Position numbers and translations under genes: made by a program
The notes under the pieces: model-generated
What the model was told of the DNA's origin: nothing
The model's database searches: none
The model's input: the letters and a program-made list of their open reading frames with translations, nothing else
Part shown: positions 19,329 to 28,318 of the stretch, piece after piece
How the letters are laid out: every line of letters starts with the position of its first letter
How positions within the stretch are numbered: position 1 is the stretch's first letter
Assembly: GCA_050633245.1 (NCBI GenBank)
Contig: JBOEGD010000025.1
Span: 1-42,106 of the forward strand
Reading direction: 5' to 3'
DNA from: Calditrichia bacterium
Lineage (GTDB): Bacteria; Calditrichota; Calditrichia; RBG-13-44-9; J075
DNA: 42,106 nt

Positions 19329-19571
19329 TTACCAATTTAATACTACTTTTTGACTATAGGTTTTTAATGGCCAATTGATGATAGGTGAATCAATACTACA
19401 ATCATGATTTATCAATACATGCTTTCCTGTAAGCTTATTTAGTCTTTCTGCATATGGTTGAAAGTGTCGGTACATCTGTTCCGTTTTTTCTGGCGTCTCT
19501 ACCATTTCAAACGGAACGGTAATAACAGGCTGCCAAAGTTTAAGTATTTTCTTTGCTTCTTTAATGCTCAT
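19329..19571 (-). CDS. Hypothetical protein (moron)
   Basis: 80 aa ORF in an AT-rich insert. Confidence 0.55.
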   Translation of the reverse strand: MSIKEAKKILKLWQPVITVPFEMVETPEKTEQMYRHFQPYAERLNKLTGKHVLINHDCSIDSPIINWPLKTYSQKVVLNW

Positions 19572-19573
19572 GA

Positions 19574-20062
19574 TTATCCGTTAATTTGAATTTCCAAAAA
19601 ATCAGCCTCCATTGTACCCAATCTATCAGATAGATTTTGCTTATCCTCTTCTGTCCATCCGTGTACAGTTAAGGCCATGGGCGTAGATCCTTGAATCCAA
19701 TTCAGTGTATTATCATCCCAGGTAGCCGACTTGTGTATTAGTATCCTATGGGGGCGGCTTGTGATATTATTGCACTCTATCTCGTGCTGCCAAAATTCGG
19801 GAATATCACAGTTGATGTTCATGATGTTTTTTTTATTGCTGAATTGAGATGGTTCAAATATATTTACATTTACATCCTCTTCTATTTCTTGATCTGTGGC
19901 ATACCTTCGCCAAAAAGCATCTCTAAACTCTATACTGTACTTATGATTACCTTTTAATATAGCTTTTTTTTTATCCATGGCAGCTACTCTATATGTTTCT
20001 ACTATGGTAGTAAAGCCTTTAGGTTGAAGAATAAACAATTTATGGTATACTTCGTCACTCAT
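19574..20062 (-). CDS. Hypothetical protein (moron)
   Basis: 162 aa ORF with an ATGA overlap. Confidence 0.6.
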   Translation of the reverse strand: MSDEVYHKLFILQPKGFTTIVETYRVAAMDKKKAILKGNHKYSIEFRDAFWRRYATDQEIEEDVNVNIFEPSQFSNKKNIMNINCDIPEFWQHEIECNNITSRPHRILIHKSATWDDNTLNWIQGSTPMALTVHGWTEEDKQNLSDRLGTMEADFLEIQING

Positions 20063-20289
20063 ACCTCAATATTTTCCGGTGAAACAATACTTTCTTTCTC
20101 CCCTATCGCCTCCGACAAAGCCCGATAAGTAATAAGCCAATCATCGGTAAATGGTTGCTCGGGATCATCGCATACCGCACCCTCTTTCATGCGCTTATAC
20201 GCATAGGTGAGGAATACCTCGCCGAGTATGTACTGCATACGCGCGGCGCTTAGGTCGGCAGATTGGATTGCATTTTCTTTGTTACGCAT
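20059..20289 (-). CDS. Small protein under putative antisense control
   Basis: 76 aa; its start region is complementary to the upstream RNA. Confidence 0.6.
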   Translation of the reverse strand: MRNKENAIQSADLSAARMQYILGEVFLTYAYKRMKEGAVCDDPEQPFTDDWLITYRALSEAIGEKESIVSPENIEV

Positions 20290-20309
20290 AACTTGAAAAT
20301 TTAAAAAGC

Positions 20310-20421
20310 TATAGGGCCGTAGGTGTGCGTAACAAAGTCTCTTGGTGGAGAAGTTATTTTAGGCCGCTTTCGCCGACGCCAGCACCTAAAGCCTATCCTT
20401 GCGTGCAAGGCTAGCCCTATA
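20310..20421 (-). ncRNA. Second c4-like antisense RNA
   Basis: Closing stem TATAGGGC/GCCCTATA and an internal CCTTG/CAAGG hairpin. Segment 20325-20337 is complementary to the start region 20277-20289. Promoter TATATTTG at 20473-20480. Confidence 0.55.
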
Positions 20422-20581
20422 TATCTTGAAATAATTTTAATCTGGAACATAAGAGTCTTTAATTACGCACCACAAATATAGAAAACATTCAACTAACAAA
20501 CAAGGGGTGACACATGGCCACCCCCTAACTATGAATATAACTATGATGATTCTCCCGAACATCACATACCTAAGTTTCCTG

Positions 20582-23500
20582 CTATGAAATACTAGACGCC
20601 TCCCTCACGGTATCTACATCTGCCTCTACCTCTTGGTAGTCGTCATATACTACTTTGGCTTTGAGCGTTCGGGGCATGGTGGCTATTGCCTGGGATAATG
20701 TTTGGACTTGCTCTAGCAGTGGGCTTAGGTCAGGAGCGGTGCCACCAGACGAGGCAGAGGCGACACTTATGCCGGTGGGGTTGGTATTAATGTCGGCTAC
20801 GCCTCCATTTTGGAAGTATACCGATCCTCCATTGCGCATAAGCGGTACGCCTCCCCCCGCCTGATTGAAAGCGGATAATGACCGAATGGCCCTACTACTG
20901 TTCTTATTGAGTATGTAAAAGTTTTCGTCTTTTTCTACCTCTATCTGTGTGCCATCGTCAAACACTCCTCGCGTACCTCCTTGGCTATGCGAACGCCCGC
21001 CAAAGGTGCCTACCTTGGGGCTACCCCCTCGGGCAAATTTAGTTTTTGATATTTTGCGTACAGCGGCGGCGGTTCTTGCGGCTGCTACAGCGGTTCTTAC
21101 CCCGCCGATAATGGGCCCCAATATAGGGCCAAACTGTGCGGCGGTGGCCCATACATCTTGCACCTCCTTGATACCGGCAGCTATTACTTTGCCCGTTTCG
21201 AATGTCTTGATAAATCCTGCATTCTTTTTTCGGGCGGCTACGTCGGCAGAAAGCAAATCGATCCCTACGCTGAGTGCATCTTGTGTAGTGGAGATGATAG
21301 CGTCGCTGATGCTACGCTTGGCTTCTTTCTCGCGCTCGGCGTTTTGTATGCGGGCGTTAGATAGCTCCTCTTCTACCTTGAGTAGCTCCTCTTGTTTTCG
21401 TGAGGCTTCTTGTATCTCGGCATCGCTACCTTGCTGTAGCAGTGCTATCTCTTGCTCTAGGGCTAGCTGCTTGGACTCTAAGCGCAATACGTCATACTCT
21501 TGCTCTAAGAGTATTCCTTGTACAAACTTTTCGCGTAAGAGGCTGAGCTTTCTATCCTCATCTGAATTGATTTGCTCTAATTCGACATTAATATCTCGGC
21601 GCTCCACCCCTCCTAAGCTGCTAGCTCCTATCTCTTCTAATGGTGCAAATGATTGTTGCGTGAGTGATTGATTAATCTCTATGATTCGATTTCGGGCGGC
21701 CTCGGCTTCTACTCCTTTATCCTTGTTGAACTGGTCGAATAATACGAGCTGCGCCTCGTACTGTTCGCGCTCAATCTCAAGGAGGCGCTTGCCGTGTTCG
21801 CTTTCGCTTACTTCTTTTTGTAGGAGGGCGCGGTCTACTATGATTTGTTCTATCTCGGCGCTGTTGTTGATCGTCTCTAGCTGTAATTTGAATGCTTTCT
21901 CTAGTGCCTTCTTGCGCTCTTGGCCCGCCTTTTCTATTTCTTGTGGGGTAAGTGTCGGCTTAGTTATGGCATCGTTTTGTGGATCATTGGCGGGGGCGGC
22001 GGTGCCTGTTTCAAATGTACCGCTGAGGATGCCTACGGCGTCATTGGTGGTTTGTATTTGCTTCTGTAGTCGCTCCGCATCGGCTTGTAGTCGTTTGATT
22101 TCCTCGCCGGTTAGTTGGAATTGCTGCGATACTACCCCCGCGGTCGTATTAAATTGCTGTGTGCGTACGAGATTACCCTCACTATCAAAATTATTAAGTG
22201 CCTTGTTGACATCTTCTAGTTGCTTTTGGTATCGGCCTAGTGCGCTGGTGTTCTCGTCGATGGCTTCGCTGTTACGCTGCTGTAGTAGCAATTGTTGGGC
22301 GGCTACAAAGTCGCGCACCTTGTCGGCACTAATGCCTATGGTTTTACCATATTCATCAAATTGGGTTACAGCAGTCGGTACAATCTCGCCGATCTGCTGC
22401 ATTACGCTCTTGAGTTCTTCTTGCTCGGCGGCGTTTAGATTCGTCTTGGTATTAAGCTCATCGTAGCGCTCAAGCAATGGACTAAGGCCGCGCTGGAGGT
22501 CGTCTACCTTTTCGCTTTGCTCCTGGAAGGCATCGGAGGCCGCGCCAGCTGGATCTACTAGGCTGCTTACACTATCGGCTACATCGTCGAAAAACCCTGT
22601 AACACTTTCCGCTACAGATATGAGTCGCTCAAATGCGGGTATCAATAGTGTAGCTATTCGCTCGCTTATCTCGGTGATACGAGCGCGGAGTCTTGCTAGG
22701 CGGCGTACATTACTATCGCTATTCTCTCCAAAGTTGGCTTGTGCATCGGCTGATTTCTCGGTAATAAGCTCTAGTGTAGCCATGGCGCGGGCTTGCTCCC
22801 TGGCGGCACCGGTTACTTTCTCCAGACCTTTGAGTTGGAGGCGGCGCTTTACGTCCTCCTCACTGATGACAATACCGAGGCTCTTTAATTCTTCGCGCTC
22901 TCCGGTAAGTGCTTTTATTAATGTGCTGGTGACTTCCTCGGCGGTCTTTTGTCCTCCGGTCCATTCTGATAGCGCACCTGATAGGTTGACTATCTCGCTG
23001 CTAATCTCGGCGGCCTCTTCACGTTGGAAGCGCATAGGCACGAGTATATCGCCGGCAGCGGTAGCCAGGTTGATATATTGTTGCTCGGTGAGGCCAAGGT
23101 CGGCGGCGGTTTGTTTGGCAAATCCTTCGACTATACTTTGTGCATCTTCAAATACGGTTTCCGTTTTACGGGCAAAGGCATCTTGTGCGACGCCAGTTTG
23201 AAACAATTGCTTTCCGTAATCAATTACTTGACTCGATAAGTTGGCTAGTGATATGCCCCCAAATACGCCGAGTGCTTTATTGGCTATACTGCCCAAGGCC
23301 GAAAAGGCGCGACCGGCACGGCTGCGCATATCATTGGCGGCATCTACTACCCCTTTGGTTTGCTTATTTATACTGAGTAGCTGAGAGTTTACGCCCTGTA
23401 GTTCATTGGCCAATACTTTAAACTGTGGGGCACTCTCGGGTATTAGTTTTAAAATCTGCTGTAGCTGCCGGGCACGGCTCACTAGTTGGCCTTTGGTAAG

Positions 23501-23701
23501 ATTGGATAGGTCAATGTCTTTAACCTTGGCCGAGCTTTTGGCAATGTCATCAACGACGCCCGAGAGCACCTTGCCCTCTTTTTGCGCTTGCTTGATGGTT
23601 TTAAGATAGTTCTGGGTATCTCCGATAGTCTTGGCGAAAGCGCGGCTTTCATCGGTGATAAAAGAGATATCTATCTGTACCTGATCTCTACGTACTGCCA
23701 T
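20582..23701 (-). CDS. Tape measure protein
   Basis: 1039 aa, Ala/Gln/Glu-rich coiled coil with a TMP core. C-terminal FARGG...GGRSHSQGG motif typical of Bacteroidota TMPs. Confidence 0.88.
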   Translation of the reverse strand: MAVRRDQVQIDISFITDESRAFAKTIGDTQNYLKTIKQAQKEGKVLSGVVDDIAKSSAKVKDIDLSNLTKGQLVSRARQLQQILKLIPESAPQFKVLANELQGVNSQLLSINKQTKGVVDAANDMRSRAGRAFSALGSIANKALGVFGGISLANLSSQVIDYGKQLFQTGVAQDAFARKTETVFEDAQSIVEGFAKQTAADLGLTEQQYINLATAAGDILVPMRFQREEAAEISSEIVNLSGALSEWTGGQKTAEEVTSTLIKALTGEREELKSLGIVISEEDVKRRLQLKGLEKVTGAAREQARAMATLELITEKSADAQANFGENSDSNVRRLARLRARITEISERIATLLIPAFERLISVAESVTGFFDDVADSVSSLVDPAGAASDAFQEQSEKVDDLQRGLSPLLERYDELNTKTNLNAAEQEELKSVMQQIGEIVPTAVTQFDEYGKTIGISADKVRDFVAAQQLLLQQRNSEAIDENTSALGRYQKQLEDVNKALNNFDSEGNLVRTQQFNTTAGVVSQQFQLTGEEIKRLQADAERLQKQIQTTNDAVGILSGTFETGTAAPANDPQNDAITKPTLTPQEIEKAGQERKKALEKAFKLQLETINNSAEIEQIIVDRALLQKEVSESEHGKRLLEIEREQYEAQLVLFDQFNKDKGVEAEAARNRIIEINQSLTQQSFAPLEEIGASSLGGVERRDINVELEQINSDEDRKLSLLREKFVQGILLEQEYDVLRLESKQLALEQEIALLQQGSDAEIQEASRKQEELLKVEEELSNARIQNAEREKEAKRSISDAIISTTQDALSVGIDLLSADVAARKKNAGFIKTFETGKVIAAGIKEVQDVWATAAQFGPILGPIIGGVRTAVAAARTAAAVRKISKTKFARGGSPKVGTFGGRSHSQGGTRGVFDDGTQIEVEKDENFYILNKNSSRAIRSLSAFNQAGGGVPLMRNGGSVYFQNGGVADINTNPTGISVASASSGGTAPDLSPLLEQVQTLSQAIATMPRTLKAKVVYDDYQEVEADVDTVREASSIS

Positions 23702-24216
23702 TATTTAAAGTTTTTCTTGATCTCGTCTGCCACTTGCTCGGGCATGTTGGCGGCCACTTGATTGAATAGCTCGGTAATGGCGGCACTTTTTGGCTTGTTA
23801 TACCATGCTCGCCTACGGGTGCGCGAGCGGCTACTTCGTTTTATGGCGATGCCCCAGGCGATCTGATTCAGCACCTTAGCGGGTACTTTCTTCAAGCGGC
23901 GGCGGCGCATGTATCTCCGTATGAATTGATCCTCTAGGCCTTTCTCTTTAATCCATTGTACCAAGCCCTCGATATAATCGCCTCCACCTTTGGGCGTTTT
24001 GAGTCGCTTCATGTCAATAAACCGCCCGTACTCCTCAAAGGCGAGCATAAGTGTAACGGCTCCCTTGAAAGTCTCGTTTCGAATCTCGTATTGCATAGAC
24101 CGTTCTAGGTCTTTGCTCGCCGATATTTTCCTACGACGCAAATAGGCCACCCTATCCTTTACGAATACAGCAGCCCAGGCGGCGAGTTCTTCTTGTAGGT
24201 AGTCCTCTATGATCAT
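23701..24216 (-). CDS. Putative tail completion/neck protein (HK97 gp10-like)
   Basis: 171 aa, Arg/Lys-rich, with a YGRFIDM motif. Confidence 0.5.
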   Translation of the reverse strand: MIIEDYLQEELAAWAAVFVKDRVAYLRRRKISASKDLERSMQYEIRNETFKGAVTLMLAFEEYGRFIDMKRLKTPKGGGDYIEGLVQWIKEKGLEDQFIRRYMRRRRLKKVPAKVLNQIAWGIAIKRSSRSRTRRRAWYNKPKSAAITELFNQVAANMPEQVADEIKKNFK

Positions 24217-24686
24217 TTTTTCAAACGACTAAGTATTGTTTTTTTCACCGCGCCTATTACATTGGTGCCGGTGATGGTACTAATGTTTTCAATGATGCTA
24301 AGAAACTCCGTAGAGGCAATATAAAACCCTACTATATAGGTTGTACCTGTAAGTATGGGGTAAATATCTTGCATCATTTGCGATAGCATAATAGCAAGCA
24401 TGTAATACACACTTTTATTTATGGTCTTTCGCAATCCTCTGCTAATGATGATCTCTTTACGGACCCTTGCGGCACTTACGCCGGTGATCCAATCAGCAAC
24501 CACTAGCACCGTACACGCTGCCATAAATGGAGAGACGGGTAGTATTTTCTGAAACAGAAAAGCCGCTACCATCGAAAGCCCTGCTTTGATTCCATGCGCT
24601 TTTGCTAGCGCAAGTATTAATTCGGTAAATGTCATTATAACCCGTCCGATTTGTTTAATAAATTGGGGGGACGTAGATAAGCTCAT
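24213..24686 (-). CDS. Holin (Phage_holin_4_1-like)
   Basis: Several transmembrane segments; DWITG, S.GLRKTINK and EFLSIIEN motifs. Confidence 0.82.
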   Translation of the reverse strand: MSLSTSPQFIKQIGRVIMTFTELILALAKAHGIKAGLSMVAAFLFQKILPVSPFMAACTVLVVADWITGVSAARVRKEIIISRGLRKTINKSVYYMLAIMLSQMMQDIYPILTGTTYIVGFYIASTEFLSIIENISTITGTNVIGAVKKTILSRLKK

Positions 24687-24778
24687 GACCTCTCGATTTT
24701 AGGGGAGTTAAGTAATGCTTGTCTATGTTCTATGGGATCATTACCTAACGGCAGGGGCAATACTTGCCCACCACCTCC

Positions 24779-24814
24779 GTAAAAGTGCACTGTAAGACGG
24801 GGACTAGAAAGGAC
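24779..24814 (-). promoter_or_regulatory. Putative late promoter (GTCCTT-N20-GCACTTTTAC) for the holin/TMP operon
   Basis: Shared motif and spacing. Confidence 0.55.
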
Positions 24815-24819
24815 AAAGA

Positions 24820-25050
24820 CTAAGGTGTGACTATCCGACTCGCCAGCTCGGCGGCTGATTCTTCGGAAAAGTCACGTACGAATGATTGCGCGTCTTCTGT
24901 CGTTGTAAAAGTAAACGTTTGGGAGTAAGTCAACTTAGTAGTATGAAAAAACACTACAGTAACTAAATCCACTCCTCTTTCAATTGATCTAAATACTAAA
25001 GTCGAGAGCGTAGAATGCTCTTTGCTCGGGCCTAATTCCTTTTGATCCAT
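24820..25050 (-). CDS. Hypothetical protein (76 aa, MDQKELG...)
   Basis: Likely start is ATG 25050; the upstream extension is just the translated (CA)n repeat. Confidence 0.5.
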   Translation of the reverse strand: MDQKELGPSKEHSTLSTLVFRSIERGVDLVTVVFFHTTKLTYSQTFTFTTTEDAQSFVRDFSEESAAELASRIVTP

Positions 25051-25061
25051 GAACGACTGCG

Positions 25062-25094
<33 letters not shown>

Positions 25095-25182
25095 TTCGAG
25101 TATAAAAGCAATATAACAAAATACATACATATTTAATATATGCTTTTTTGACTTTTACTTATGGTAAATTAACTTACGTCTT

Positions 25183-25554
25183 TTAGCGTATCAACCACCA
25201 TGCGACTACCCTATTGGCGTTATAGGTGTACTTCATGAACAATTCAGGATCAAAATCATTGCCGCCTTGTAGTACATTTCTAGCAAACGGCTCATTGATC
25301 ATTAGTGAGTCGTAGGTCGGCAAACCTTTGGCCTTTACGCTATATTTAACGGGCGCGGTATACAATACCTTCCAAATGTGATACACTTGTCGCTTTTTGA
25401 TTTCGCCGATGGTATCTACTTTTATATGGCTATCGGGCTGCATGACCACCCCATAAGCGGCGGGTGACTGCTCAGGGTTTCGAAGTAAAGTAAAGCCCGC
25501 CAATAGCATGGCGGCAATAGATACGACGAGGGTAATAATTTCTGTTCGCTTCAT
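25183..25554 (-). CDS. Hypothetical protein with an N-terminal TM or signal segment
   Basis: 123 aa with a hydrophobic N-terminus. Confidence 0.65.
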   Translation of the reverse strand: MKRTEIITLVVSIAAMLLAGFTLLRNPEQSPAAYGVVMQPDSHIKVDTIGEIKKRQVYHIWKVLYTAPVKYSVKAKGLPTYDSLMINEPFARNVLQGGNDFDPELFMKYTYNANRVVAWWLIR

Positions 25555-25560
25555 AATATT

Positions 25561-26274
25561 TTATTGTATAAATACTGTGGATTGTAAAACCTGTAGGCGA
25601 TAATCGCCTGTATTATTCACTAGATGGCCTTTGCTGCCTGGGTTGATCGTAATGCCGTAGTTTTGGCCGTAGGTATCGGTGTAGCCACTATAATGAATGG
25701 CATTCCCTTCTATCTTAAAATTATCAGTATTGCCTACCTGTATGGCATCCCAGGCGATACTAGAGAATGTATTGCCTATGATCTGCACATTGGATAATTT
25801 ATACTCGCTCGCAAAGTGTGGGCCGATATATACGCCCTCGTGCGATATATTGCGGAAGGTGCAATACAATATTCTTATATCTTGGTAAGCTTGATTTTGG
25901 TTGATGCGTATACCTGTGTGTGCGCCTACTATGTTCACCCCTTTTATGGTGAGATCCTTTGCCCCTTCCCATACACTAATAGACTGGTTGAGCGTAAGCC
26001 ATCCTTTGCCGTCGATGGTCACTTGCTCGGGATTGCGCAAGACGATGGCCTCCTCGGTGTGGGTGCTAAATATATTCACCTCCCCGAGTGCTTCTATGTG
26101 CACGCCCTTGGCATTGATGATGATCAACCTATCGCCCTGGTAGTCTCCAGTAAGCTGCACGAGCCTTTCGCCTTCCAAGTCGATGAGCGTGGTTTTAAGC
26201 TTGTCGAGCTTAATTTCTCGCCCCCACCCTACTAGGGGTATCAATAGTATTGTAAAAAGAAAAAGGCGCATCAT
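25561..26274 (-). CDS. Right-handed parallel beta-helix protein (pectin-lyase-like) with signal peptide
   Basis: Repeating I.GN.F / EGVYIG / DAIQVG beta-helix coils; hydrophobic N-terminus. Confidence 0.75.
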   Translation of the reverse strand: MMRLFLFTILLIPLVGWGREIKLDKLKTTLIDLEGERLVQLTGDYQGDRLIIINAKGVHIEALGEVNIFSTHTEEAIVLRNPEQVTIDGKGWLTLNQSISVWEGAKDLTIKGVNIVGAHTGIRINQNQAYQDIRILYCTFRNISHEGVYIGPHFASEYKLSNVQIIGNTFSSIAWDAIQVGNTDNFKIEGNAIHYSGYTDTYGQNYGITINPGSKGHLVNNTGDYRLQVLQSTVFIQ

Positions 26275-26436
26275 CTTTTTTTTGTAAAGATGTGCGCCTT
26301 TTATTGGGGGTGGTAGGACGGGGTTGGGGGTTAAAAAGGTGCTCGTCTTTCCGAGCCGTCAGGTTAATACTTTCCCCGTATTTATCCGCTATGTTTCCTA
26401 AGCTTCGAATCAACGCTACGGGTCGCGCGGCGGTCC

Positions 26437-26718
26437 TTATCCGTGTTCGTTCCGCAAGCCACCTAGCACGGATGGCGATTTCTTTGGGGGTGTTTTTATG
26501 TCGCTCATTTTTGGGGTTAGTTTAATAATTCTGCATAATCCAGATTTATCCATGTACCTCAGAGGGTTTTCATCTACGGCCTTATTGGCTGCTTCTCTCG
26601 CCTCTTCATCTGTCTGGAATTTAAGAGCAGATTCTATTTTCTTTGTTCTGCCCGGATCACCCTCCCAGTCAGCAAGGTAGTAAGGGTCACCTCTATTTAG
26701 GAATTTTACTACATACAT
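26437..26718 (-). CDS. Hypothetical cassette protein
   Basis: 93 aa with a W.GDPGRT motif. Confidence 0.65.
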   Translation of the reverse strand: MYVVKFLNRGDPYYLADWEGDPGRTKKIESALKFQTDEEAREAANKAVDENPLRYMDKSGLCRIIKLTPKMSDIKTPPKKSPSVLGGLRNEHG

Positions 26719-26744
26719 ATTTTTGGTCTATTTTTCGAAATGGT

Positions 26745-27068
26745 TTAATCTTTGTTTCGGTCGTAACATTCAACCATCGCAACGGCTACAGCCGCCACTT
26801 GAATTAGTTCTTTTCTATAGTCCTCTAGGTGCAGACTCTTTGATAGTTCTGTTTTAGCGGGAAACTCCCCGTGATTATAAGCACACCCAAAATGCGCCTC
26901 TAGTGCTGCTTTGTTCACTTCTCCGACCTCTTCACCAAGAATAGCACAGTACTCAATTGGTAAATGGTTCTGAACACCCCATTTTTCATCTTGTCTCGAT
27001 CTTTCTTTTGCAACTTCATCCAATACCTTAGAGGTGTCTAAATATTTGAATTCTTCTTCCTTATCCAT
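26745..27068 (-). CDS. MazG-like nucleotide pyrophosphohydrolase
   Basis: ERSRQDEKWG, ILGEEVGEV and KELIQVAAVA (EExxE...ExxQ) motifs. Likely start MDKEEE at 27068. Confidence 0.75.
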   Translation of the reverse strand: MDKEEEFKYLDTSKVLDEVAKERSRQDEKWGVQNHLPIEYCAILGEEVGEVNKAALEAHFGCAYNHGEFPAKTELSKSLHLEDYRKELIQVAAVAVAMVECYDRNKD

Positions 27069-27090
27069 AATAAGTGTCGAATTTTCGAAA

Positions 27091-27342
27091 TTATAAAATG
27101 TGTGTGTAGTCACTTTGTCTTTCAATATCTTCTGAAGTATATCCACCTGCTGAGCACCATTCACATTGCCCATCAATTAAGTCTTTATGAGGGCCAGTTT
27201 TGCAAGATCTACACACATCGGTATCTATCCCTAAATAACCTTTCACTTGTTCAACATCTTGCTTCCTCTCCTCTCCTTGCTCCGAGGCCCAAGAATCAAT
27301 AACTCGCCTTATTGCGTTAGCTGCTGCTTTTTCTCCATTCAT
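27091..27342 (-). CDS. Hypothetical protein with CxxC...CxxC
   Basis: 83 aa; CRSC and CEWC. Confidence 0.6.
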   Translation of the reverse strand: MNGEKAAANAIRRVIDSWASEQGEERKQDVEQVKGYLGIDTDVCRSCKTGPHKDLIDGQCEWCSAGGYTSEDIERQSDYTHIL

Positions 27343-27362
27343 GGCTTTAATTTTTTGGTGGT

Positions 27363-27644
27363 TTATTTACAGTTGTTTAAAATCAATAAAATTGCCGCCT
27401 GAAATCCAGCGGTAAAATGCTTTTCAGCCTCTCCCTTGATCTTTTCCGACTTGATCGGCTTATCGTTTTCAACAAAGTTTTCCTTATAGGACTCTAATGC
27501 CTCATCAAGTTTTTTGTCGTTCGGAATTAGATTCCAAACTAGATCAATAAACTTGGATTTGCTAACTGCCATTTCGGATAAGCAATCCTTAGTTGTACAT
27601 GTATAGCAATCAAAGTTGTTATCAAAGTATTGGTCTATGCGCAT
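27363..27644 (-). CDS. Hypothetical cassette protein
   Basis: 93 aa, bounded by junction sites. Confidence 0.6.
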   Translation of the reverse strand: MRIDQYFDNNFDCYTCTTKDCLSEMAVSKSKFIDLVWNLIPNDKKLDEALESYKENFVENDKPIKSEKIKGEAEKHFTAGFQAAILLILNNCK

Positions 27645-27650
27645 GGGTGG

Positions 27651-27926
27651 TTAAATTGAAAGATTTTGAAAGATTATAGATTCGTTTATTTCGCCACCTT
27701 CGGCTATACTTATTAGCAAGCTAATAGGTATATGATCATGATTACTTGATTCGGGCGTAAATCCAAAACCGTCCCCTTTTAGGTGGTCTACATGGCCAGC
27801 TACACATATAGTTTCTGTAATTACACTAGACAGGTTTCCCATCGTAGCCACAAATCTACCTTCGGCGGCTACAGCTTGTTTATATGCTCTTTTGATTTTT
27901 TGGACTTCTCTTTTAGATAATAACAT
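27651..27926 (-). CDS. Hypothetical cassette protein
   Basis: 91 aa, bounded by junction sites. Confidence 0.6.
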   Translation of the reverse strand: MLLSKREVQKIKRAYKQAVAAEGRFVATMGNLSSVITETICVAGHVDHLKGDGFGFTPESSNHDHIPISLLISIAEGGEINESIIFQNLSI

Positions 27927-27956
27927 AACTGTCGTTTAAATAAGGTTTAAAAATGT

Positions 27957-28265
27957 GGGGCCAACTTGCTACTAGCTTCCTCTTTCAATTGTTGAATTAG
28001 TTACACCTGGCTGCATTGTTTCGCGTTTCTAGATTACGGAACAACCGCTTTTTACCCCTTACCTCTTTCTTATTTTACATTGCAATTACTCTGAGTCCAT
28101 CCTTGCAAAGTGCCCCGCGAGTTATAAGCTCCTGGTCAGGCTAAGAAACGGAGTGGCGAGTTTTCTAGAATCCTCAAGCAACGTTGGATTCAAACCTAGA
28201 TAGCCGCTAAGCCCTTCGGATTATGCCCTCCATCAACAATCTAATCAATTCGGCCAGTTGGCCCC
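27957..28265 (-). ncRNA. Candidate ~310-nt structured RNA occupying a whole cassette
   Basis: Perfect 10-bp terminal stem GGGGCCAACT/AGTTGGCCCC with a nested ATTGTTGA/TCAACAAT helix; no ORF of 60 aa or more. Strand is inferred from the array orientation. Confidence 0.5.
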
Positions 28266-28318
28266 TTTCGTGTTGGTTATCTTAAGCCCCTACTTTTAGG
28301 GGTCGAATTTTCGAAAAG

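Noticed and set aside
20655-23609. Long plus-strand ORFs opposite the tape measure gene, and similar shadow ORFs elsewhere
   Set aside because: They are Ser/Cys-rich antisense shadows of real minus-strand genes, with no motifs.
27190-27206. Extra junction-like word GGGCCAGTTTTGCAAG
   Set aside because: It lies inside an ORF and lacks the invariant GT, so it is probably chance.
27957-28265. Canonical tmRNA or tRNA gene
   Set aside because: No G3-U70 pair, no terminal T-arm and no evident tag reading frame; kept only as an unknown ncRNA candidate.
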